Positions 29,734 to 39,051 of a stretch of DNA of 64,000 bases are shown here, piece after piece; positions within the stretch are counted from its first letter, which is position 1; each line of letters begins with the position of its first letter. The notes under the pieces are model-generated. The model was not told the DNA's origin and did not search any database. It was given only the letters and a program-made list of their open reading frames with translations. The position numbers and the translations under genes are program-made. This stretch comes from Pseudomonadota bacterium (GTDB lineage Bacteria; Pseudomonadota; Gammaproteobacteria; Acidiferrobacterales; UBA6901), in contig JAJYEX010000001.1 of NCBI GenBank assembly GCA_021785515.1, positions 719,640 through 783,639 on the forward strand. The letters run 5' to 3'.

Positions 29734-30111
29734 ATGCGCCATAAATTATTCCGATCTGGCACCCGGGCGGCAGTGCTGCTGATGACGCTGGCGCTTCCTG
29801 CCTGCTCGGGCAGACCCGCATCAGCGCCCATCGTACTGCCGGTGCTCGTGCGATCTGTCGTGAAGCTGCATGCATTGCCCACCCCCACGACGGAAGTAAT
29901 GATTCCAGCAGCAGCTTTCGTGTTGCGGGGCGGCATTCCCGGCGTGTTTGTCCTGCGACACGGGCTCGCGCGTTTCCGCATGGTCCGGGTCGGCAAAAAC
30001 ATCGACGGCCAGCTCCAGATTCTCAGCGGTCTGTCCGGTGATGAAACCTTGGTTATCGGGGATCTGGCCGATGTGCATGACGGCAGTCCGATCACGGTAA
30101 GCCGGCCCTAG
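29734..30111 (+). CDS. 125-aa lipoprotein carrying only the C-terminal beta-barrel-like signature of an RND periplasmic adaptor (mini-MFP)
   Basis: Signal and lipobox AAVLLMTLALPAC. The mature C-terminal part IPAAAFVLRGGIPGVFVLRHGLARFRMVRVGKNIDGQLQILSGLSGDETLVIGDLADVHDGSPITV follows the MFP/HlyD C-terminal pattern. It lies between the OMF and RND genes with 21-nt and 20-nt gaps. Confidence 0.65.
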   Translation: MRHKLFRSGTRAAVLLMTLALPACSGRPASAPIVLPVLVRSVVKLHALPTPTTEVMIPAAAFVLRGGIPGVFVLRHGLARFRMVRVGKNIDGQLQILSGLSGDETLVIGDLADVHDGSPITVSRP

Positions 30112-30131
30112 AGTTCGACGAAGAGGAAACC

Positions 30132-33100
30132 GTGTCCAACCCGACTGGCCCACACGAACACGACAATCAGACGCAGCGGATGAACATCGCCGGCCGCATC
30201 ACGAGTTATTTTGTTGACAGCAGGGTCACGATACTGATCCTGGTCGTTGCTTTACTTGCCGGGCTTCTCGCGCTCAGCGCGACCCCGCGAGAGGAAAATC
30301 CCGAAATCGTGGTTCCGGCCGCCAACATCATCGTCACCAAGCCCGGCGCCTCGCCCAAGGAGGTTGAGGAGCTGATCATTAAGCCTCTGGAGGCGATTCT
30401 GCAGGGTCTCACCGGCGTTGATCATACCTACGGAATCGCTACGCAATCCATGGGTATTGTGACCGTGCGGTTCAAGGTCGGAGAGAACCGCGAAGCCTCG
30501 ATGGTCCGGCTCTACAATCGCATCATGAGCAACCTGGACCGCATGCCGCCCGGCACGAATATGCCGCTGGTCAAGCCGGTTAACGTAGATAACGTACCGA
30601 TCATGACGATTACGTTGTCTTCCGCCACCATCGGAGACTACCGCCTGCGACGCATCGCCGACGACGTTCTCGAGCACCTGCGCCATGTGAAGGGAACGTC
30701 TCTGACATATCTGCTGGGCGGACGGCGGCGCCAGATAAACGTGAACCTCAATCTGAATCGGATGCGCCACTACGATGTGAGCCTGTTCGATATCCGTAGG
30801 GTGCTGCAGGCCACCAACGTCGACATTCCCTCCGGCACGCTGGTGAGCAACGGCAGGGTAAATACCGTGATCGCAGGCGGAATGCTGCACAATGCTCACG
30901 AGGTCCGCAATCTGGTCGTTTCCATCTACGAGCATCGTCCAGTCTTCCTGAAGGATATAGCAACCATCACCGATGGCCCAGGCAATATTCACTACGTACA
31001 GCGTATCGGCTACGGGCCCGCGTATACAGGCGTGCGCAGCCCGGATTTTGAGGAGCCGGCAGTAACCATCGCTATCGCCAAGACCAAAGGCACCAATGCC
31101 GTGACGGTGGCGAGCAACGTTCTATCCGAGCTGCATCGCGTACAGCCGATATTGATTCCGCCGTCGGTGCACGTCGACGTCACCCGCGATGACGGCAAGC
31201 GCGCAAACGAGGCCGTCAATACGCTGATCGAACACCTGACCATCGCGATAGTTACCGTCGTGCTGCTTCTGGTGGTGTTTCTCGGATGGCGCGCGGCGAG
31301 CATCGTCACCATCACTATCCCCCTGATTATGTTCATCACCCTGGCAGTGGGCATGGCTGCGGGTCAGAGCCTGAACCGCATTACGTTGTTTGCCCTGATT
31401 CTGTCGCTCGGCCTTATGGTTGATGACTCGATCGTGGTGATCGAGAATATTTTTCGCCACTACGGCCGCAAGGGCGCCGACCGGCTCGCCGGGGCGGTAC
31501 GCGCCGTCAACGAGATCGGTCGTCCGACAAATCTCGCAACATTCACCGTGATACTTGCGTTTCTGCCCATGTTCTGGGTTCACGGCATGATGGGACCGTA
31601 CATGGCGCCGATTCCGTTCAATGTTCCGGTGGCAATGATTACGTCCCTGGCTATCGCCTATTCGGTCGCGCCGTGGGCGGCGTATCACTGGCTGCACCTG
31701 CGACCTGGCCAGCACGCGGAGGAGCACGCGCCGGGATTGCTGGAGCGCAGCTATGCGGCGGTGATGGGCAGATTGCTGGACAGTGGCGGCCTGCGGACAG
31801 CATTTATTGCCGGTATTGCGCTGCTTATGCTGCTGGTTCTCGCCATGCCAGTGTTTAAGCTGGTGCAATTCAAGATGCTGCCCAAGAACAACGCGGACAC
31901 ATTCAATATCACCGTAGACATGCCCGCCGGCACCGCGCTTGAACAGACTGATCGCGCGGTACGCGGCATCGGAGACATCCTGCGCCGTACGCCGTATGTT
32001 ACCGACTATGTGTCGACGGTTGGTCGGCCCGGAGTCATTGACTTCAATGGCCTGTTGCGCGGTTCGAGCTTTAAGAAGGGCCCGCAGTATGCGGAGGTGC
32101 GGGTCAACCTGAAGGACAAGCGCTACCGGAGCGAGAGCTCGATACAGATCGTGCGGTCTTTACGTCCGGCCATCGCCCGCCTGGAGGCCAGGACCGGCGC
32201 CAACATCAAACTGGTTGAGGAGCCGCCGGGACCGCCTGTGCGCGCAACCATTCTCGCGGAGCTGTACGGACCGAGTTACCGCAAGCTGCGTGAGATCGCG
32301 CGGGAAATCCGGTACGGCGTGTTTGCCAAGACCAAAGACGTGGTCGACATCGATGACAGTACCACGGCAAACACGACCCAGTACCGCATTGTCGTCGATC
32401 GCCGGAAGGCGGCATTGGCGGGGATATTGCCGGTCGAGGTGGCGCAGACCCTTCAGGCGTTTCTCGGCGGTTATAATGCCGGAGCGGTGCATATTGCGAG
32501 GGAGAAGGAGCCGGTTCTGATTCATTTCCAGATTCCCATAGCCGACCGCGTCCTTCCATCCGACCTGAGCGATATTTTTTTCACCAACCCGGCAGGCAAT
32601 GAGATTTCACTGGGCAGCATCGCCCAGGTCCGGCCAGTCGAGGCGCCCAAGCCGATCCTCTTTCAGGACCAGCGGCCGGTGGTATATGTGAGCGGAGACA
32701 TGAGCACGGGCAGCCCGGTATATGCGGTACTGCACATGTGGCAGTATCTGCGGACCCACCGGCTTGCGGACGGCGTGAAACTCAAACAGGATTTCATGTC
32801 CTATCCGTCTACGACGAGCTACGGGCTGCGCTGGGGCGGTGAGATGCGGCTGACACTGGATGTCTTCCGGGACCTGGGGCGGGCGTTCGGTGTTGCTATC
32901 ATTCTCATTTACGTGATTCTGGTTGCCTACTACCGGTCGTTCGTGATTCCGCTCATTGTGATGGGTGCAATACCGCTGACCATCATCGGTGTGTTTCCTG
33001 GGCATGCGATCATGAACCTGATTGAGGGACATTACTACTTCACCGCGACGTCCATGATCGGCGTAATTGCCTTGGCGGGCATCGTGGTGCGCAATTCCTT

Positions 33101-33374
33101 GCTGCTGATTGATTTCATTCTGGATTTCCGACGCGCCGGCCACGGTCTGCGTGAGGCTGTGGTTCAGGCCGGCACCACGCGGATGCGGCCTATCCTGCTG
33201 ACCGCGCTCGCGATCATACTGGGCACGGCGGCGATGGTGACGGATCCGGTCTTCGGCGGACTGGCCATTTCGCTTATATCGGGCACTTTCGCTTCGACGG
33301 TGTTGACGCTGTTCGTCATTCCTCTCGTATATTTCATGTACGAGAAACGGACGCAGGGTACCACCGGCAATTGA
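30132..33374 (+). CDS. RND family efflux transporter permease (AcrB/HAE-like)
   Basis: 1080 aa. GTG start with AAGAGGAAACC upstream. TM4 proton-relay motif LGLMVDDSIVVIENIFRH, with twelve-TM, two-large-loop architecture evident from the hydrophobic blocks. Confidence 0.9.
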   Translation: MSNPTGPHEHDNQTQRMNIAGRITSYFVDSRVTILILVVALLAGLLALSATPREENPEIVVPAANIIVTKPGASPKEVEELIIKPLEAILQGLTGVDHTYGIATQSMGIVTVRFKVGENREASMVRLYNRIMSNLDRMPPGTNMPLVKPVNVDNVPIMTITLSSATIGDYRLRRIADDVLEHLRHVKGTSLTYLLGGRRRQINVNLNLNRMRHYDVSLFDIRRVLQATNVDIPSGTLVSNGRVNTVIAGGMLHNAHEVRNLVVSIYEHRPVFLKDIATITDGPGNIHYVQRIGYGPAYTGVRSPDFEEPAVTIAIAKTKGTNAVTVASNVLSELHRVQPILIPPSVHVDVTRDDGKRANEAVNTLIEHLTIAIVTVVLLLVVFLGWRAASIVTITIPLIMFITLAVGMAAGQSLNRITLFALILSLGLMVDDSIVVIENIFRHYGRKGADRLAGAVRAVNEIGRPTNLATFTVILAFLPMFWVHGMMGPYMAPIPFNVPVAMITSLAIAYSVAPWAAYHWLHLRPGQHAEEHAPGLLERSYAAVMGRLLDSGGLRTAFIAGIALLMLLVLAMPVFKLVQFKMLPKNNADTFNITVDMPAGTALEQTDRAVRGIGDILRRTPYVTDYVSTVGRPGVIDFNGLLRGSSFKKGPQYAEVRVNLKDKRYRSESSIQIVRSLRPAIARLEARTGANIKLVEEPPGPPVRATILAELYGPSYRKLREIAREIRYGVFAKTKDVVDIDDSTTANTTQYRIVVDRRKAALAGILPVEVAQTLQAFLGGYNAGAVHIAREKEPVLIHFQIPIADRVLPSDLSDIFFTNPAGNEISLGSIAQVRPVEAPKPILFQDQRPVVYVSGDMSTGSPVYAVLHMWQYLRTHRLADGVKLKQDFMSYPSTTSYGLRWGGEMRLTLDVFRDLGRAFGVAIILIYVILVAYYRSFVIPLIVMGAIPLTIIGVFPGHAIMNLIEGHYYFTATSMIGVIALAGIVVRNSLLLIDFILDFRRAGHGLREAVVQAGTTRMRPILLTALAIILGTAAMVTDPVFGGLAISLISGTFASTVLTLFVIPLVYFMYEKRTQGTTGN

Positions 33375-33590
33375 GCCCGACGCTAAGGCTGCCGGCGCAG
33401 TCGGGCGGCAACCGGCCGAACAGCCGGACAACTCCCCGGTACTGCAAGACAATTTTGTCCGGTCTGGACACACCGCATACCGCTACCCCGTGATCCCAGG
33501 AAGGCGCTTCAGCGTACAGTCGCGGGACACCGCAGTTTGAGATGATCCGAAACCTGAACGTCAAGATCCGGGCTGCGCTGCAATCCCTGG

Positions 33591-35798
33591 TCAGTGCATA
33601 TCCAGGGGGTCCACGTCCATCGCCCAGCGAATCCGGCGCGAGAGGGGATCCGCGGCAAGCAGGAGAAGCCACTCGCGGAGAAATCGGTGCAGCGCGGGCC
33701 GGCGCGCGGCATGGACGAGGAGCTGGGCACGGTAACGCCCGGCACGGCGCGCCATCGGCGATGGCACCGGATCCATGACACTCACACCAGCTATCGAATC
33801 CAGAGCGCCGGCGAGCACGTGAGCTCGCGCCAGGAATGCCAGCGCCTGGTTTTGTCCTGGCGCTTCCGCGCGGAGTAGCGCCAGATGGGAATAGGGCGGG
33901 AACTGGGCCTCGCGGCGCTCGCTAAGCGCATAATCGGCAAAGCTGGTGTAGTCGTGGCGACATAGGGCCAGAAACAGGGGGTGGTCGGGGTGAAACGTCT
34001 GTATGATCACTTCGCCGGGCTTGTCACCACGGCCGGCCCGACCCGCGACTTGCAGTACACGCTGAAACAACTGTTCGCCCGAGCGGAAATCGTACCCGTA
34101 GAGCCCCTGGTCGGCATTCAGGACTCCGACCAGCGTAAGGTTCGGAAAATCGTGGCCTTTTGCGAGCATCTGGGTTCCCACCAATATGTCTGCGGTGCCG
34201 GCGCGTACTCGGCCCAGCTTCTGCTCAAGCGTCCCTTTGCGGCGGGTGGTATCGCGGTCGATCCGCTCGATACTGGCGCCCGGAAAAATCCGGGAAAGCG
34301 CCGCTTCCACGCGCTCGGTTCCTTCGCCAAGACCGCGCAGCGTTTCGCTTTGGCAGACCGGACAGGTCTCGGGTACCCGGACGTCACTACCGCAGTGATG
34401 GCAACGCAGCCTTGCATCCGCCCTGTGCAGGGTCAGGCGGGCGTCGCAGCGGGGACAGGGCGCCATCCAGCCGCAACCGTGACACATCAGCACCGGGGCA
34501 AACCCCCGGCGGTTGAGGAACAACAAGCTCTGTTCGCTGCGCGACAGGCGTTCGCCAAGAGCCTCGATCAGGGGCGGGGACAGGCCATCCGGATGTGCCA
34601 GCTGGCGCAGATCCAACAGACGGACAGGCGGCAGCTGCGCCCGGCCGATGCGGTCAGGCAGTTGCAGCAGGACGTAACGTCCCTGGCGCGCGTTGTGCAA
34701 ACTCTCCAGCGAAGGGGTGGCTGACCCCATTACGACCGGAATCTTTTCCCGCTGGCCCCGCCGTATGGCGATGTCTCGTCCCGAATATCGGAAACCGTCC
34801 TGCTGCTTGTAGGACGCGTCGTGTTCCTCGTCAACCACGATCAGACGCAATGCCTTCATCGGCACGAATACCGCCGAACGCGTTCCGATCACGATGCGCG
34901 CTGACCCACCCTTGGCCCGCAGCCAGGCCTCCAGCCGCTCCGAAGCGTTCAACCCGGAATGGATAACGGCAATGTCATCGGAAAATCGCTGGCGAAAACA
35001 CTGCAGCAGTTGCGGGGTCAACCCGATCTCCGGCACCAGCACCAGCACCTGTCCACCCGAATCGAGAATCCGGGCGATTACCTGCAGATAGACTTCCGTC
35101 TTGCCGCTTCCGGTCACCCCGTGGAGAAGATAACAGTGGAACCCCGGGGGGGCCGAAGTAATCGCCGCTATAGCTGCAGCCTGCGCCGCATTAGCCGCGG
35201 GCGCCCCGGTCCTCGGCATCGCGCCAGCCGGGGGGTTCCTGACAGAAGCCGCGGCAACCCAGCCGCGGGCAACCAGGGAACGCAAGGCCGGGCGCCAGCG
35301 GTCGGAGAACGCAGCAAGGGCAGGTTCGTCGACCGCCGCACCTGCCCCGGCCAGAGCCTGCAGGATACGGGCTGGGGCCCCGCGCAACAGAGGCACGGTC
35401 TCAAGCCGGGCACGCCCGGAGTCCGTAACCGACCAGGCGACGGGGGATTCCATCACCGCGGGTCGACCATGCCTCAGAGCCTGGGGGAGTGCCGCGCTGA
35501 TGACTTCACCAATGGGATGGTGATAGTAGTCTGATGCCCACTGCAGCAAGCCGAGGAGTTCCTGCGAAAACAGGGGATCCAGGTCGAGGACTTCCAGCAC
35601 CGTCTTGAGACGGGCCGCGGGCAACGCACTGTGCGTGACGATGTCCGTGACCACACCGATGATGGAACGTCGACCGAAGGGTATCCGAACACGGCCCCCT
35701 AGTGCGGGAAGAGAACCCGATTCCGGGGGACGGTAATCGAAGGTTCGGCAAAGCGGAGAGGGAACGGCGACCTGGATAATGCGCTGGGCCGAAGACAT
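33591..35798 (-). CDS. priA: Primosomal replication protein N' (PriA helicase)
   Basis: 735 aa. GVTGSGKTEVY, VVDEEHDASYKQ, Cys-rich Zn region CHGCGWMAPCPRCDARLTLH...CHHCG...CPVC. Confidence 0.95.
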   Translation of the reverse strand: MSSAQRIIQVAVPSPLCRTFDYRPPESGSLPALGGRVRIPFGRRSIIGVVTDIVTHSALPAARLKTVLEVLDLDPLFSQELLGLLQWASDYYHHPIGEVISAALPQALRHGRPAVMESPVAWSVTDSGRARLETVPLLRGAPARILQALAGAGAAVDEPALAAFSDRWRPALRSLVARGWVAAASVRNPPAGAMPRTGAPAANAAQAAAIAAITSAPPGFHCYLLHGVTGSGKTEVYLQVIARILDSGGQVLVLVPEIGLTPQLLQCFRQRFSDDIAVIHSGLNASERLEAWLRAKGGSARIVIGTRSAVFVPMKALRLIVVDEEHDASYKQQDGFRYSGRDIAIRRGQREKIPVVMGSATPSLESLHNARQGRYVLLQLPDRIGRAQLPPVRLLDLRQLAHPDGLSPPLIEALGERLSRSEQSLLFLNRRGFAPVLMCHGCGWMAPCPRCDARLTLHRADARLRCHHCGSDVRVPETCPVCQSETLRGLGEGTERVEAALSRIFPGASIERIDRDTTRRKGTLEQKLGRVRAGTADILVGTQMLAKGHDFPNLTLVGVLNADQGLYGYDFRSGEQLFQRVLQVAGRAGRGDKPGEVIIQTFHPDHPLFLALCRHDYTSFADYALSERREAQFPPYSHLALLRAEAPGQNQALAFLARAHVLAGALDSIAGVSVMDPVPSPMARRAGRYRAQLLVHAARRPALHRFLREWLLLLAADPLSRRIRWAMDVDPLDMH

Positions 35799-35889
35799 GG
35801 CACAAACTCTACCATACCTGGACTGGAACGCTGTGAAACATTTCCCGATCCACGGGAACTGCTAACTTTCAAAATCGCTGCTAACTGAT

Positions 35890-36123
35890 TGTGGCTAAAG
35901 GCTCTGCCCGATCAAAGCAGGTCTGTGGATAACCCTGTGAATGATCCAGAGGCGCCGAGCTCAATCCTTTCAGGAATTCGGCGTTGAACAACCCGGTTGA
36001 TTAAAATTTGAACTAAAAAAAGTTCATTATAATCATATTATTAGCATAAATTCCCCGAGAGATTTTAGAGCAATTTGCATCGCTCGCCGAGGGTATCCGC
36101 CGACGGATTCGACATGTGAATAA
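35890..36123. promoter_or_regulatory. Cluster of same-orientation DnaA-box-like 9-mers flanking a ~60-bp AT-rich tract (function unknown)
   Basis: TGTGGATAA at 35924-35932 is a perfect complement of TTATCCACA. TGTGGCTAA at 35890-35898 has 1 mismatch, TGTGAATGA at 35936-35944 has 2, and TGTGAATAA at 36115-36123 has 1. The AT-rich tract at about 36000-36060 reads ttaaaatttgaactaaaaaaagttcattataatcatattattagcataaatt. Confidence 0.3.
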
Positions 36124-36321
36124 TTGCTTGACGCACCGGGATTTTTCAGGACCCCGGCGGCCCAGCCAGTCAAAAGTGGCTCACGCCGGCTGGCGCGGCC
36201 AGCATGGACAGGCTTCCGTCCGTGTTTTGCGCCAGTCGCCTCGGCGATATTGTCAACGCGTGGCGCGATGGGCACAAGCGATGTGCATTGCGCTTATCAC
36301 GGTTGTCCGCCGAGCCACGTT

Positions 36322-36453
36322 ATGACGCCGATTCAAAAAATTGCGCAGGAAATATCGCAAGCCACCGGGAACCCGTTTGAGCTGCTCCGCAGCACACCGG
36401 TTTCCGGGGGGCATTCGCTGCACCAAGGTGCCGGAAGGCCGCCGTCGGCGTGA
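36322..36453 (+). pseudogene. Possible N-terminal relic of a fructosamine/ketosamine kinase family gene (44 codons)
   Basis: MTPIQKIAQEISQATGNPFELLRSTPVSGG resembles, from memory, the family N-terminus (..IS..IS.ATG.PF.......V.GG(C)IN). The reading frame then degenerates and ends abutting the hemE stop. Confidence 0.25.
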
Positions 36454-37587
36454 CTAGACGGGCACCGCCGAGGCACCAGCCTGCGAGTGGATTTTTGCGC
36501 TCAGCTCATGCACCGCGTTAACCATGACGGCAAGCTGCTCCGGGTCAGTATGCTGGTGTACTCCATGTCCGAGGTTAAACACATGCCCCGGTCCGGGACC
36601 ATAGCTGTCGAGGACAATCTGCACTTCCTGACGTATCCGGTCCGGCGATGCATAGAGCACGGACGGGTCCATGTTTCCCTGCAACGCAACCCGTCCGGCA
36701 ACCCGCTGGCGCGCCTCGGACAAATCCGTGGTCCAATCGACCCCTACGGCGTCGCAGCCGCTTGTCGCCAGGTCTTCGAGCCACAGCCCGGCACCCTTGG
36801 CGAACAGAATAACTGGCACGCGCCGGCCTTCCGATTCCCGCTTCAGTGCGGCAACCACCTGTCGCAGATACCGCAGGGAAAATTCCCGGTAATCACGCGG
36901 CGTCAGCACACCGCCCCAGGTGTCAAACACCATGACCGCCTGGGCTCCGGCCTCGATTTGCGCATTGAGACACAGAGATATGGCGCGCGCGTTGACATCC
37001 AGAAGACGGTGCATGGTGTTTGGATCCCGAAACATCATGCCTTTGACGCGTCCATAGTCCTTGCTGGACCCACCCTCAACCATGTAGGTCGCGAGCGTCC
37101 AGGGAGATCCGGCGAACCCGATCAGCGGCGCCCGCCCGGCGAGCTCCCCGCGTATAAGGCGGACCGCATCTAGCACGTAGCGCAGCCGGTCATCCGGATC
37201 GGGCACCGAAAGACGGTTGACGTCGGCGGCCGTGCGCAACGGCCGCTCGAACCGCGGACCCTCGCCTTCGTGCATCTGCAGTCCGAGCCCCATTGCATCG
37301 GGAATAGTAAGGATATCCGAGAACAAGATGGCGGCATCGAGATCGAATCGCCGCAGAGGCTGCAGGGTGACCTCGCACGCCAGCTCCGGGGTGGTACACA
37401 GCCGCATGAACGAGCCGGCCTGCTCCCGCACCTTGCGGTACTCGGGTAGATAGCGGCCTGCCTGCCGCATCACCCATACCGGGGTCACGTCTACGGCCTG
37501 GCGCAGAAGGGCGCGCAGCAGGCGATCGTTCTGCCCCGAACCACGGGTTGCCGCCGTCGCAGCCGAATATTCCTCCTGCCTTAACAT
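36454..37587 (-). CDS. hemE: Uroporphyrinogen decarboxylase
   Basis: 377 aa. [32 protein letters not shown]. It has an N-terminal extension of about 17 aa relative to E. coli HemE. Confidence 0.94.
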   Translation of the reverse strand: MLRQEEYSAATAATRGSGQNDRLLRALLRQAVDVTPVWVMRQAGRYLPEYRKVREQAGSFMRLCTTPELACEVTLQPLRRFDLDAAILFSDILTIPDAMGLGLQMHEGEGPRFERPLRTAADVNRLSVPDPDDRLRYVLDAVRLIRGELAGRAPLIGFAGSPWTLATYMVEGGSSKDYGRVKGMMFRDPNTMHRLLDVNARAISLCLNAQIEAGAQAVMVFDTWGGVLTPRDYREFSLRYLRQVVAALKRESEGRRVPVILFAKGAGLWLEDLATSGCDAVGVDWTTDLSEARQRVAGRVALQGNMDPSVLYASPDRIRQEVQIVLDSYGPGPGHVFNLGHGVHQHTDPEQLAVMVNAVHELSAKIHSQAGASAVPV

Positions 37588-37602
37588 GGGATGTGCGATC
37601 CG

Positions 37603-39051
37603 TCAGCGTGGAAGATCGGAACTGCCCATCAAAAATTCGTCGACGGCACGCGCCGCCTGGCGGCCTTCACGAATTGCCCACACGACGAGCGACTGGCCGC
37701 GACGGGTATCTCCCGCGGCAAACACCTTGGCCACTGACGTCTGGTAACCATGTTCGGAATCCGTTGCAAGCACATTGCCGCGCCCGTCCAGCGCGACGGC
37801 AAGTTCGCCAAGCATGCCCTCATGAACAGGATGGACATAACCCAAAGCTAGCAGCACCAGGTCGGCTTTCAGCTCGAAATCGCTGCCCGGCACTTCGTTC
37901 ATAACCGCAGCCCCGCGGCCATCCTTGCCCCATTCCACACGTACCGCGCGCAAACCACTGACACGACCGTCCTGCCCGGTGAATTCCTTGGTGGCAATTG
38001 CCCAGTCGCGCACCATCCCTTCCTGCTGGGACGTCGACGTGCGCAGCTTGAGCGGCCAGTCCGGCCACACCAGAAGGCGCTCCGCCTTCTCTGGCGGTCG
38101 CGGCATGACTTCGATCTGGGTCACAGACAACGCGCCCTGGCGGATTGAGGTGCCGACACAGTCAGATCCCGTGTCGCCGCCGCCGATAACGACCACGCGC
38201 TTGCCGGTGGCGGTGATCTTGGCGCCCTCCGGAATGCTGTCTCCTGCCACACGGCGGTTCTGCTGCGGAAGGAATTCCATGGCGAAATGCACACCCTTCA
38301 GATGCCGGCCGGAAACGGGCAGATCGCGGGGATGTTCGGAACCCGCTGCCAGAACCACAGCGTCATACTCAGTGAGCAGGGTTCGGGCCGGAATGGTCAC
38401 GCCGACGTGCTGATTGAGCCGGAACTCCACACCTTCAGCGGCCAACTGTTCGATACGCCGGTCAATATGCCGCTTTTCAAGCTTGAAGTCCGGAATGCCG
38501 TAACGCAGAAGACCGCCGGGGCGATCGTTCTTTTCGAATACCGTAACGGCATGTCCGGAGCGCACCAGCTGCTGGGCGCAGGCAAGGCCCGCGGGCCCCG
38601 ATCCCACGACAGCGACCCGCCGGCCGGTCCGTCTGGTAGGCGGCTGCGGTCGCACCCAGCCTTCCTCCCAGCCCCTGTCGATGATCGTGTGTTCAATGTT
38701 CTTGATCGTGACCGGATCGCTGTTGATATTCAGGGTACACGCTTCTTCGCACGGTGCCGGGCAGACCCTGCCGGTGAACTCGGGAAAGTTATTGGTGGAA
38801 TGCAGCACGGCAAGCGCCTCGCGCCAGCGCTCGCGATATACCAGGTCGTTCCAGTCCGGAATAATGTTGTTCACCGGACAGCCGGTCTGACAGAACGGTA
38901 TCCCGCAATCCATACAGCGCGCGCCCTGGCGGGAAACCTCACGCCCCTCCATGGGCAGCGTGAACTCCCGGTAGAAACGGACCCGCTCCACGACCGGCAG
39001 ATCGGCGGGATCCTGCCGGCCGAACTCCAGAAATCCCGTCGGCTTACCCAT
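37603..39051 (-). CDS. gltD: Glutamate synthase small subunit (NADPH)
   Basis: 482 aa. Fe-S region [28 protein letters not shown], and dinucleotide folds [12 protein letters not shown] and [12 protein letters not shown]. Confidence 0.94.
   Translation of the reverse strand: MGKPTGFLEFGRQDPADLPVVERVRFYREFTLPMEGREVSRQGARCMDCGIPFCQTGCPVNNIIPDWNDLVYRERWREALAVLHSTNNFPEFTGRVCPAPCEEACTLNINSDPVTIKNIEHTIIDRGWEEGWVRPQPPTRRTGRRVAVVGSGPAGLACAQQLVRSGHAVTVFEKNDRPGGLLRYGIPDFKLEKRHIDRRIEQLAAEGVEFRLNQHVGVTIPARTLLTEYDAVVLAAGSEHPRDLPVSGRHLKGVHFAMEFLPQQNRRVAGDSIPEGAKITATGKRVVVIGGGDTGSDCVGTSIRQGALSVTQIEVMPRPPEKAERLLVWPDWPLKLRTSTSQQEGMVRDWAIATKEFTGQDGRVSGLRAVRVEWGKDGRGAAVMNEVPGSDFELKADLVLLALGYVHPVHEGMLGELAVALDGRGNVLATDSEHGYQTSVAKVFAAGDTRRGQSLVVWAIREGRQAARAVDEFLMGSSDLPR

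Noticed and set aside
29734-30111. Reading the 125-aa protein as a CusF-like periplasmic metallochaperone, by analogy with cusCFBA gene order
   Set aside because: I see no Met/His/Trp metal-binding pattern of the CusF type. The sequence fits the MFP C-terminal pattern better, and the RND pump has the HAE-type VDD motif rather than an HME-type signature.
35890-36123. Interpretation of the DnaA-box / AT-rich cluster as the chromosomal origin oriC
   Set aside because: There is only one perfect box. No dnaA, dnaN, gidA, mioC or parAB genes are nearby. Gene orientation does not switch here, since the 15 kb to the right (hemE through pilM) is all on the minus strand and would be head-on to a fork leaving this site. 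There are also few GATC sites. It is kept only as a possible DnaA-binding or regulatory site.
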